Shown: positions 48,701 to 59,597 of the stretch, piece by piece
Position numbering within the stretch: the first letter of the stretch is position 1
Layout: each line of letters starts with the position of its first letter
Source of the DNA: Hydrolagus colliei
Lineage: Eukaryota
Length of the DNA: 64,000 nucleotides
Direction of reading: 5' to 3'
Assembly (NCBI GenBank): GCA_035084275.1
Contig: CM068748.1
Span: 12,090,001-12,154,000, forward strand
The notes under the pieces: generated by a model
Database searches by the model: none
What the model saw: the letters and a program-made list of their open reading frames with translations, nothing else
What the model was told of the DNA's origin: nothing
Program-made: the position numbers and the translations under genes

Positions 48701-51700
48701 TATACAGTCGATGGGGGGGAAAAAGAGGGGGAAATGTCATGATGGTGGGAATGTCGGTGAGTGTGGGAGGGTCTCTCTAATCGGATTGCATATCTGTCAA
48801 CCCATGCAGGTAAGGAAATATCAATTGAAAGTTCTACAGAGTACGGTGGCTTAGATATAGATCAGTATTTCGTAATGAGGACAACCTGTTCCACACGTCA
48901 CTTGGTGGAAATATCATACTCCTACATATGATCATCTTTGCTTCGAATGCAGCTTTCTGCCCTAGATAATAAATTTGACTGGCAACGTCCAAATACAGTA
49001 CAACACTGAAACAAAATATTGCGAGAGAAGCTAAGATCAAAACAACATTTAACTGGCTACAATGAAAGATATGGCAAAGCGGAAGGAATTGGGCAATAAA
49101 ATTTACTCTAACCACTGAAATCAAGGTGGAAGAGAAGGTCAGTTTATAATCGGATAGGGTTTTTGTGCTAACCATTTTACAATGGTGATGATTCTTTTTT
49201 TGAAAAAAAACTTTTTTAAAAAAAAGCACATATGCAAACAAAGAGTGAGTAAGAATTGTCAAAAGTCAAGTCTGGATTCCAGAATTCTATATCATTCATG
49301 TTGAGTGTTAACCAAATGTGACATTAGTATGCACACTATAATGCATTAGTAACATTTATTTTTAAATTGTATTTAAAACAAACAATTTTCTGCTTCAATG
49401 TGTGTTCTCCAAGCAGAGGGATATCTGTAGCAGGGAAAGAAATGTCTGCACAATTCCAACTGTAGAATAATACGTCTCCTTACCAATAGCCATTAACCTA
49501 TCTCTGAGTGCGATTTTAGTGTAAATTAGTGTATCTATAACTAGCTTCATCTCATGTTAGTCTAGACTTGAGCTCTGGTCTTGAGATGAAAGGACAGTGT
49601 TACCCAGCATATCCAAATGTGATTTGCAAACTATCGGAGAACTAAGTCTGATACATTTTGCAGAGTAAATTAATACCATCTGCTACCCACTTAGTTATAT
49701 TTTTGCCTTTTCTCTTTAAGCCTCCCTGTGCATTCAAACATAGTCCAGCCAGAAAGTGGGCACATTACCTACACACTCTGGACAAAGTCACTCTGAGCAT
49801 TAGGATGTATTATAAGAGTCGACCAGGGAAGACTTCCTTTACTTCTACAGAAAAGTGGTACAGTGCCACATAGCTCCCAATGTGACAGAACATCTAAGGC
49901 TACAAACTCAGTGCATGGTAAGCCATAAACCCATGCTCTGCTTATTGTGTAATGCATAACATTGGAGCATGGACATGGTACCAGTACACTCAGCAGCCAG
50001 CCTTTATTTCTGTAATAATAATTGCAGCAACTTGGGACATTCTCCCGATGTGAGAGGCGCTAGACAGGTGTAATTTTGTGGTTGCTGTTGTCACAATTGC
50101 TTTTTGTCACTTTTCTAATTTCTCCATTATACAGATCAGGCAACTGCACTGAAGCTATCTGCAGGTCACACCGTCCACACATGCCCTGAAAGACAGAATG
50201 TCACCTTTAAATGCAGCCTCTCTGGGCACCTAATGGACAAGCATGACCACTTCATCAATGTTTGGTTTTTCAACCACATCAAAAGTAAATCGTGCGCAGA
50301 CAGGATGCACATCCGTAACATTTCAAGCAAACTAGAGCATCATACTGAGAACAGGGGTCATGGGATCTACATGGGATCAGACCACAAAGGTGCATTTTGG
50401 GTCACTATTACTAACTTGTCATCAGCTGATGAAGGTGTTTACTGCTGTGTGGTAGTTGAATTGCACAATTCACATGAAAAGAATCACCACCTAATTGTGC
50501 ATGATACGACAGAGCTAAAGATCCTTTCTGGTATGTAATAATAATAATCCTTGCATTTTATATAGTCCTTACTACAATGTCCAGACACACCCCTGTTAGG
50601 GGTGATTATATATGCATTGATTTGTAATAATTATTATTCTTTGTGATACCTGTGTGGGGCAATGACAATTGTTTTAGTAACTAATGTTACAATTAGTGGA
50701 CAGGATCAGTGAATCATCTTGCTGAGAACCTTATTTGTAGCCAGGGCAGACGAATATGGGGATTTGCAGGGGAACCCATAAGCTTTACTTTCTGATTTCC
50801 TTATTAAAAAGCATTCACTGCTCAGAGTGTGGGGGGGGGCCTGCTGACAGGATTCAGGTGGGTCAATATAAATCAAGCCACCAGCAACTATTTGAAGACA
50901 TAGGTGGCAATACTTAACTGCCATGTGGCTAACAAGTAAATATTATGACATTTCTCCCTTTCTCCACCTATTGCCATTCTGCTTTTACAAAATACCAATA
51001 CAAAATTATATTTGCATTGTGCCTTTCACATTGGGAGAATGTCCCGAGGCATTTTATTTCCTATTTCTGACCAATTTGCAATTCTCTCTTAATAGTAGCT
51101 ACTTTTTCTCCATATCACCGCAGGGAAAAAAAAGTTTTTTATGTGATTATTGTAAGGTAAATCTCATTGTGCCGCTATTTCTCTCTCCCCATCAAATTCT
51201 GTAAGCAATGGCCTATCAAAGAGGCGCAAAATGGGAGATGCTAGAATTTTTACAGAAACCCTTTGCGGCAAAGAAAGATTTGGATATTTTACATTAAAAT
51301 AACATACAAAGACAACTTGCACTTATAGAATCCTCCACGCAGGGTAGCATCTCAGAGCATTTAACAGTGATGGAGCTTGACTCCGAGCTGGATGTGGGGG
51401 TTGAAATCAGGGCAAGAAGGGACATAGAAAAGGGAAGGCAAGACGGAGGGATTGAGGGAGAGTGTTCCAGAGTTTTGTAGTGTAGTGGCTGGAAGCGTGA
51501 ACTCCGATTGTGGGGCCGAGGGTGCAGGCAAGGGGGCCACCGACAGTCGAGCAAAGATTGGGGAGTTAGGAAGTCGGAGAGATAGGAAAGTGCAAAAGAG
51601 TGAAGGGATTTCAACATGACTGAGAGGATCTTAAGTTGATCCATTCGGTGATGTGGAGCCGAGCCAGAACTGGTGAGATACGGTTATGGAATTTGGTCTG

Positions 51701-54700
51701 AGTAAATATGTGAGTGGCAGAATGAGCTGGAGCTTTTGAATAGTGGAGTTGGGGAGATTGGTGAGGAGTGCATTTGAGTAATCCAAGCGGGAGATGACAA
51801 CTGCATGAAGGAGGGTTTGGGCTGCATTTGGGGTAAGGTATGGTCGGAGGTGGGCAATGTGGCAGAGGTGGAAGAAGATGCTCCTGATCAGAAACTGGAT
51901 GTGGGGGAGGAAGGACAGAGGCTCCTTTATGGATGCGCTTTCCCTTGGGAGGGGGGGCGGGGGCAAACACATTCTCTAGGACTGGTTTAATTGACTTAAT
52001 GCAAAGGAAATGTTACTTTTTCTGAACACCGCTGTTAGTAAAATTCAATACGTTTAAGGATTTGAAATGTTAGCCTGCCTACCTGATGCAACATGTTTTA
52101 CAGGAAATACATCCCAGCAAAATTGTGTTTCTTATGATTTTGCCAGTGGAGTATCAAGCAAAGAAGGTAAGAATTCAGATCATTAATTCCATAATTGTAC
52201 TTTGGGGCTAATCTCTGGGATTTGCATGATGTTCACATTTCTTTGTTAGTTCAAAAGAGTACCAATGAGGCCTGAATTTCAGGCTCTGCCAGGCATCTTC
52301 AACCAACCGAACAACAACAACAAAATTACATTTATAGAGCGCCTTTCACGTCGGGAGGACGATCCAAAGGCGCTGAAATGTAGATTAATACCCTTTTAAT
52401 CAGAGTTTGCAAAAGCGGTTTTATTTACCGATTGACTATCTTTGTGGGTGAGTAAGGTGTGATGTACTGTACGTCAAGTAATGTAATCTGTTTTTGTTTT
52501 TTAGTTACCACAGCAGTTGCTTTGGCTACAGTGGGGTGCGTGATTGGCATCTTATCTCTTCCTCTCATTCTGTTCCTCATTTACAAACAAAGACAGGGTG
52601 CAGCCACCAGAAGAAGTATGTGCAAATCAACACTTATAAAACATGTTAAATATGGGCCTCAGTCTTAGCTTTTAAGAGTTAAATGCAGTTTTCAACCATT
52701 TTCCTTTTATTTTAATCAAGAATAATAATCCTTGCATTTGATATAGTGCTTTTCACATCTCAAAGTGCTTCACAGAATATACTGTTAAGTGAACTGACTG
52801 TATATTACGCATAGCAGCGTCCCAGAAACAGTCGTGGATTGCAATGACCAATTTTATTTAAAAAAATTCTTGAGGGATTATTATCAGGTGTGTGGAGTAG
52901 GGAAACTTAATGAATGTTAATAAAATAACTTCAAATATTTGGTCTTTGTGGAACATATTACAGTAAAAGCCTGTTTATCCAGCACCATTGGGACCTGGCC
53001 AATGCCAGTTAAATGACATGACAGATATTCAGAAGAAAACCCAACACCATTTTTTTTTTCTTTTTTTTAAACATATAATATTAATAATAGACTAAATAAT
53101 AACAGAATATTGTATGGATACTTACCAATAAAGCAATAAATATGGATTACATTCTATAAACACAGCACACAATCACAAAGCAAACTTCTACAACAGCGGA
53201 TGCTAGTGGCTTAAAGTGGTACTGTCTTTTTTTTCCACTTTTATTTTCTTTTTTTCTCTTCCTCCTTCCCTCTCTCTTTCACACACACACACACTCAGTC
53301 AGTCTGGTATCTCAATGGCTCCAAGCCTAAACCCCCTCCATTCCTCTCATTTTCCATCTAAATCAACTAACCCCCTCTCTCTCTCTCTCCTCCTCTCCCC
53401 CACCTCTCTCTCCCCCTCCCACTCCTCTCTCTTTCTCTCCCCCCTCTCTTTCACCCCGACACTCTCTCTCCCTGCCTCGCTCTCCTTCTGCCACCTCATC
53501 ACCCACCAAAACAGTGCATAAACCCACGATACAGTCAGGCTACACAGGCAATATGTAGTATCCATCAGAGAGAGAGGGAAAGGAAGGAAGGAAGGAAGGA
53601 AGGGGAAGAGATAGAAAGAGAGAGGGAGAGATAAAGAGGAAGAAGGAGAGGGAGAGAGAGAAAAAGGAGAGAGGGAGAGGAAAAATCGACAGTGCAGCTT
53701 TAAGAGGAAAAACCAGAAATGCCACTACTGGCAGCATTCAGAACCAATCATACTGTACTCTTGTGTGACAATTGACTCATTAAATTCATCACCGCGATTG
53801 TGCCGGATAAGATCCGGTTATTTGAAAGGGGACTTTTTTTTTAGGTTTTGGTTATACAGACGTTATGGTTGATCGGGTCACGGATAAACGGGCTTTTACC
53901 GCATTTGGTAATAGAATTGATCAGCATCAGATTAAAGTCAATATTTTAAAATGCAGTTAACACATATTTACATTCTCAAGACAAACTCCCTGAAACAAAT
54001 CTCCCACACCATTTTTTCACACACTGCATCTGCATAAGACGGTTAGAATTGTTTGACCGGCACACAAACATACTTACAGCTAACTGACCCATGGTCTTTC
54101 TTTAATGATCTAGCAGCTACAGAAAAACATATCTAACAAATGTTCTTTGTGACGTACAAAGTGATGTGGCCGAATAACTGGAGCAGTGGTATGGCTGACA
54201 GGACATTGTAGCATTTAAGTTGCAAATAAGGATTACTGTGTTTTATGAAAATTATCCACACCATTTTTTTCATTCATATAGCATATTTTCAAGTTCCATT
54301 ACAAATCTAAAAATTTCACAAATCTACCTATGGTTTCATAGTTACCGGAGATAGTAGATTTTTTTTGCAACTGAATTTAATTGGTGTCATTTAATGGGTT
54401 ATTCCCTTGACTGCAGCATTTGTTCCATGTTTCGTTAATAAAACAGATGATATAAGCCACACTTTTGTTAAAACTACAGAATGCGAAAATTTTACACTGC
54501 CAACGCTTCCTGTTTCCCCCACCTCCCACCATATCTGAAACCATTGTACAATATTGATGACACAATTAATCATTATCAAACACGAATGAGAAAGAGATAT
54601 GTTTCATCTGTCTGCATCTCAGACAGGAAATGTCCCTAGGAAATGTCTAAGCAATCATTCATGCTTGTTATAATCATTTGAACAAAATATTGATTCCTCA

Positions 54701-57700
54701 CAATTTAAACAGCGTCTCTTTTATTGCAGGAGCTCATGAGCTTGTAAGAATGGACAGGTAATCTTTTTCTCAATTATATTTTACCCGCAATAACTTTGGC
54801 CTCATTTGAAACATCATGCTTGAGGGAAATGTCTTTAATTTATTTAATAGAAATCAGACACTGAAAATTACTTGAAACCGTAATTTAAAAAAAAAACAAA
54901 AACATTTTTCTGCCGCTTAGCACTCTATAGTTTCAGTTACGTTGGAAAGAGGAACACGGAAAGAAGATGAGATGAACAAAATATGTTGGTATCCTATTGG
55001 TGCACATCTGGCTAGATTGGATATTGTTCTTCCATCTGTGGATCAATGTCAGGCCAAGTTGATCAGAACATTGTATAAAATTATTCTTACTTTGGTGCCA
55101 CATGAGCAACCTGAGCATCAGGATGTACATTTCAGAAGAGAATCAGCTTTGCTTTGAAGCTGTCTGTACTTCAACCAATGTGAAAGCACTTGATTTTATC
55201 TCATGTTTTCAGTGCTACAAGTGGGGGAGGGGAGCTGGCTCTACTCTGGTATATACAAAAAAGCAAAATATTACATTTCATGAAAATATAGCTATGAGGC
55301 GGAAGACAGATAAAATGTAAAAAAAACTTTCAGAGTTTAAAGACTGATTTAAGATTTAACGTAGTTTTATTTGGAGGATTGCAATATTGCAAAAATAATT
55401 ACCCACATGTCTACCACCAAAGCCTGACTGAGAAACACAGTACTGTTAAAAATAGGAGATTAAAAGGGGAACTAAGTGGAAAAACATTTTTTAAATATAC
55501 CATATTTTGTACCGGTTGTCAGATTTAAATAATAATAATAATCCTTGCATTTGATATAGCACTTTTCATGTCTTCCAGACATCTCAAAAGGCTTCAATGT
55601 ATATACTGTAAAATGTATAGACTGTATATTTGTGGTAAACACAGCAGCCAATTGCGCACAGCAGTGCCCCACAAACACTAGTGGACTGAAATGACCAATT
55701 TATTATTGCTTGTTTTTTGAGGGATTATTATTATTATTATTAGGCGTGTTGAGTAAGGAAACTTGCCCAAGGTTTCGGCCTGCCTGGAATTGAACCCAGA
55801 TCTCTCGTATGTAAGGCGAGTCTCTTAACCACTGAGCTACAGGACTCCAAAAAATGTCACATGGGACATTCTGGGTATAAAATGAGGAAGTAAAGTTATG
55901 CTTTTTCGACTGTACTTAAAATCACTTACTTATATAAATAGATAAAAAGCATTTAAAATAAATGTGTACAGAGGTCAACAAACAGTTCCAGAATTTTTGA
56001 CTGTTTTTCCTAATTAGCAGTGAGGCCAGAGGTGTGGAAAACCCAGTATTTGATGAATTGCCAGGCCAACCAAGAAGTCTTGATATCAGTGGACGTCTTC
56101 ACTCGGAATCTGACCGCCATCTTCTCTCTGAACCTAACACTCCCCTTTCCCCGGATCCTCCAATACGATACTTTCCAGAACTGGGTAAGTTTGCCGTCTG
56201 TTTTCAGCTGCTTATCTTCCATTGTTTCCAATGTGGGTGTGTTTTGCAGACTTAGCAATTAGAGGTTAAACCAACAATTTATTGAGATTTCTCTGTAAAC
56301 TCAATCATTCTGGATGAACTCAATGCTGAAAAATGGTTCCCTTGCCACAATAAACATGACAAAGTTACTACTGCAAATTGTTAGAAATTAACCCTGGTGA
56401 GATAGCTGCTATCAAGTGGCTGCAAAACATGTAGCATGACACACAAGTCACTGGACAATCAGTGAATACCTCTATTAAACTAATTTATTTGTTAAGAAAC
56501 ACAAAGTAGCAACAGGATGGGAAATTTTCTGCCAAGGAGGCATGTTTTTGAACCCGTGTCACAGATATTGTATGTTTTACACATTTACATGTTTTTTTGT
56601 GATCAGTTTCTCTGGTCTTAAGCCTCTCTCTTGGAGGGACCTGGTAATGTAAAATGAGTGGTTTTGGCAACTCCAGAGTTATCCCATTCAGAATTGGATC
56701 TGCGGTTGTTTCCACATACCAGAGATCTGATTCCTTAATGTCAAGTGGCCAGACTGGAGGGAGTAAGCTTGGATAAAATTCTGCCCTTGCATAAATATTG
56801 CAAAGATGACGAGACCTCCATTGACGTACGAATTAACGTTAAGAAGGTTTGTTTCCAATGTTGTCTCTGTCAAACAGTACTAACAGAATCCCAAATAAAG
56901 TTGCCATGTCACTTGATCTGGCTTCTTTGATCATTCTGTGATCAGGGTGGTTGCACAATGATGTCCGTGTCCACATGGAAAATCATTTGGCACAGGAAGT
57001 TTCCAAAGCCTCCACAATACCATTGTCACTCAGGCTTTCTTGATTAGAATATATTTCTTATCTTGAAAAACTTTTTCGATCCCATTTATAATTTATTCTG
57101 TGAAGTGCTTTGAGATGTCTCAAGGTCGTGATAAAGCATTATATCAAATGCAAAGGTTATTATTATTAATTTTGGAGACAAAGGACTTAAACTCCTTTAA
57201 ACTGTCCTTGAATGGTTCCAGTCCTACCTCTCTCACTGCCTTCACTTTGTCTCCTCCAATGGCTTTTCCCGTTCTACATGCAGTCACATGTAGCATTCCC
57301 CAGGGCTCTGTCCTTGGCCCCCTGCCCTTCACCCGCTACACGCTCCCCCTGGGCGACATCATCCACAGACATGGGGTAAATTGCCACATGTATGTGGATG
57401 ACACCCAACTCTACCTCTCCGCGTCCATCCTCGATTCCAGGACTACTGGAGTTCTGACTGCATGTCTGTCTGACATTGAATCCTGGATGAGGGCAGATTT
57501 CCTACAGCTCAACGTCAACAAGACGGAGGCCCTCCTGATTGGCTCACGCCAGAGCCTCTGAACCTCAGGCGTTGACAACATCAGCATTCAAGGCTGCTCT
57601 CTCCACCTCTTAGCCAGGAATCTGGGTGTCTTGTTCAACCCTGAACTATCCTTCCTCCCCCACATCCGCTCCATGACCAGCACAGCCTTCCATCACCTCC

Positions 57701-59597
57701 GCAATATTGCCAGGCTCTGCCACTACTTCACCCCACTTGCCGCCGAAACTCTCATCCACATCTTTATCACTTCCAGACTCGACTATGGGAACTCTCTCCT
57801 CGTCGGCCTTCCCAGCTACTCCCTTCACAGGTTGCAGATCATTCAGAATTCTGCAGCTCGTGTACTCTCCCGTACCAGGCTTTGTGACCACATCACTCCC
57901 ACCCTCGCACATCTCCACTGGCTCCTCATCCCCCAGAGGATTGAATTCAAGATCCTCATTCTCACTTTCGAGGCCATTCACAGCCTTGCCCCCGCCTATC
58001 TCTCTGACCTACTGTCTCCCTATCAGCCTGCCTGTCTCCTCCATTCAGCAGACTCAGGCCTGCTCCGCGTCCACTGCCCTAACTGCCCAACCATCGGCGG
58101 CCAGGCTTTCAGCCTTTCTGCTCCCACACTGTGGAACTCCATCCCGCAGCCCCTCCGCCTCGCCTCGTCCCTTTCCTCCTTCAACGCCGGTCTCAAGACC
58201 TTCCTTTTCGACCGCGTCTTCAGCCCCCTGCTAACTCTTCCCCCCACTAACTCTTCCCCTTCTCCTTCCCTCAACCTTCCCCCCACCCCCGCTCATGTCC
58301 CGACCTGACTGTTCAGCACTTTGGGATATCTTCCCGATGTGAAAGGCGCTATACAAGTGCAATTTTGTTGTTGTGTTGTTGTTAAATGTATTATATCAAG
58401 AGCATTATAACATGCTTTTATGCAAGAGTCAAACTTCTACAGAAATATGAGTAGGCACATAGATATGAACAATGATAGTAGCGACAGAAAGGAAATGACT
58501 AGATTGTGTCTGCAGGTGCAGAAAACCCTGAGGTTTAGGCAGAAAGAGGTCAGATGGGATAACCTGACTGAAGTTTATTTTGCTGTAGAAACGATTTAAT
58601 TGTAAAACATTTGGAAACTACAACTATTTTGAAGAGAAATTTTGAAGAGATTATATAATTAAAACGCTGAAATAGTAGACAAACTGAAATACCGTTTTCA
58701 GTTGAGACGCAGGTGTGAAATGAAGGTAAAACTAATAACACTGTGGTTGATAACCAGAGGAAACATCAGACATTTTTGCAGTGCACATTTAATGGCAACG
58801 AATAAACTTAGAATAAAAAGCAGGGCATGTACAATCTATGCATTTCCCAACCGGTTTAAATATAAAAAAAGGGAGGAGCTTTGACCCTATTCTTTGTGTA
58901 AAGAATGTTTTTCACATCTAATAAAATGCACTATTTCTGTCATAACAATTCAAAAATTATAATCTGTTAAACTACAAAAAAGAGTTATTTGTCTCAGAAA
59001 CGGCTGAAGCGTATTTGATGTTAAACTTTTTTAATGTATGCTGCAGAAATGCAGCCCCAAAATATCTATCAGAATGTTGCCAATTATTTGCGGTGCCTTT
59101 TGAATCACTTCTCCTTTTCTTCAAGGAAATGTTGTTCTGTATGTTTTATTAGAAGGGAGGGGTGAAAGTAACATTCAACACCAACAATCCTCACCTTGCC
59201 CCTCTCCTCCCTGCTAATAAAAGCCACATATAGAATGTAACAAACCTCATCTGTGCTGAGATAATTACATGGTCATACGAAGAAGGTGAATCCAGCAGTA
59301 AATAGCCTTTAGGGTGTTAAGGAACAATGATAAACAAATAAAACCACTGGATATTGGTTAAGTTCAATGACAATGGCTCACATCCATAATTTCTACTTCA
59401 ATATTTCTGTCCACCCATGGACAGATGTAACTATATTGATAATACATCAGCCTCAACATTGGTTTGACCTGAATCAGTATAGATCTAAAAAGGTGGGAAT
59501 GGTTAGGTGAGTTTCACTGTTGATTGTTTAAAAATGCTCTTGCTTCACTTTACCAAACTCATTTTTCTTTACAGATCCTGTTTCAGAACCCAAGTAG
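39689..59597 (+). CDS. VSIR: VISTA / V-set immunoregulatory receptor (B7-H5, PD-1H, C10orf54): complete 7-exon gene nested antisense in a CDH23 intron, 287 aa (286 with the distal NAGNAG acceptor)
   Basis: Exons of 76+396+63+111+28+167+23 = 864 nt join in frame: signal peptide, IgV with CPE.QNVT..C and [33 protein letters not shown] and RHLLSEP.TPLSP. Location inside CDH23 matches mammals. Confidence 0.96.
39996..40031. repeat. Perfect 17-bp inverted repeat with 2-nt spacer
   Basis: GTGTTTATCTCTAACTC-TT-GAGTTAGAGATAAACAC. Confidence 0.95.
42401..42957 (-). mobile_element. Rearranged L2 3' fragment
   Basis: [14 protein letters not shown]...[13 protein letters not shown] on the minus strand; short plus-orientation L2 pieces inserted at ~42437-42548. 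Confidence 0.8.
44888..45255 (+). mobile_element. L2 LINE 3' fragment (subfamily B)
   Basis: Colinear with 22910-23270; tail gaagcactctgagatgccatccggtgtggagggcgctat plus (GTT)n. Confidence 0.85.
45618..46315. mobile_element. hAT-superfamily non-autonomous element (MITE)
   Basis: Perfect 16-bp TIR TAGGGAACGGCGATAT / ATATCGCCGTTCCCTA; 8-bp TSD CCTACAAC / CCTACTAC (7 of 8 match); many subterminal CGATAT/ATATCG motifs; CT/C-rich centre. Confidence 0.92.
50135..50530 (+). CDS. VSIR: VSIR exon 2, IgV domain (396 nt)
   Basis: atacag|[27 protein letters not shown]...VWFF...[10 protein letters not shown]...[28 protein letters not shown]...ELKILSG|gtatgt. Confidence 0.97.
51300..51930 (-). mobile_element. 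L2 LINE 3' fragment (subfamily B-like, degenerate)
   Basis: FLPHIQ...[20 protein letters not shown] on the minus strand; tail gtagcatctcagagc. Confidence 0.82.
52104..52166 (+). CDS. VSIR: VSIR exon 3, stalk (63 nt)
   Basis: ttacag|[21 protein letters not shown]|gtaaga; NCV.Y matches the VISTA stalk cysteine. Confidence 0.92.
52505..52615 (+). CDS. VSIR: VSIR exon 4, transmembrane (111 nt)
   Basis: ttttag|[37 protein letters not shown]|gtatgt. Confidence 0.96.
52961..53901. mobile_element. Tc1/mariner-type MITE, copy 3, with CT-rich and GA-rich internal tracts
   Basis: TA|cagtaaaagcctgtttatcc ... ggataaacgggcttttaccg; subterminal blocks (gggacctggccaatgcc, gatcgggtcacggataa) shared with copies 1 and 2. 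Confidence 0.85.
54730..54757 (+). CDS. VSIR: VSIR exon 5, 28-nt micro-exon
   Basis: ttgcag|[10 protein letters not shown]|gtaatc (human RAQELVRMDS). Confidence 0.95.
55529..55848 (-). mobile_element. Full-length tRNA-derived SINE
   Basis: Reverse complement ggagtcctgtagctcagtggttaagag (A box) ... gggttcaattcc (B box), then core and (ATT)n tail. Confidence 0.88.
56018..56184 (+). CDS. VSIR: VSIR exon 6, cytoplasmic (167 nt, or 164 nt from 56021)
   Basis: taatTAGCAG|[55 protein letters not shown]|gtaagt. Confidence 0.95.
57190..58383 (+). mobile_element. L2 LINE fragment, RT domain to 3' tail (subfamily A), disrupted
   Basis: [12 protein letters not shown]...[10 protein letters not shown]...LQLNVNKTE, stop at 57559-57561, then SRLDYGN...[12 protein letters not shown]...LKTFLF; tail gtgaaaggcgctat plus (TTG)n. 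Confidence 0.92.
59575..59597 (+). CDS. VSIR: VSIR exon 7, coding part
   Basis: tttttctttacag|DPVSEPK-TAG (human DPVPDSP...). Confidence 0.88.

Noticed and set aside
48690-48815. Strong donor CAG|GTAAGG with an upstream ETS motif as the coding first exon of VSIR
   Set aside because: The phase-compatible frame has an upstream stop and no ATG or hydrophobic core; a non-coding alternative exon cannot be excluded without RNA data
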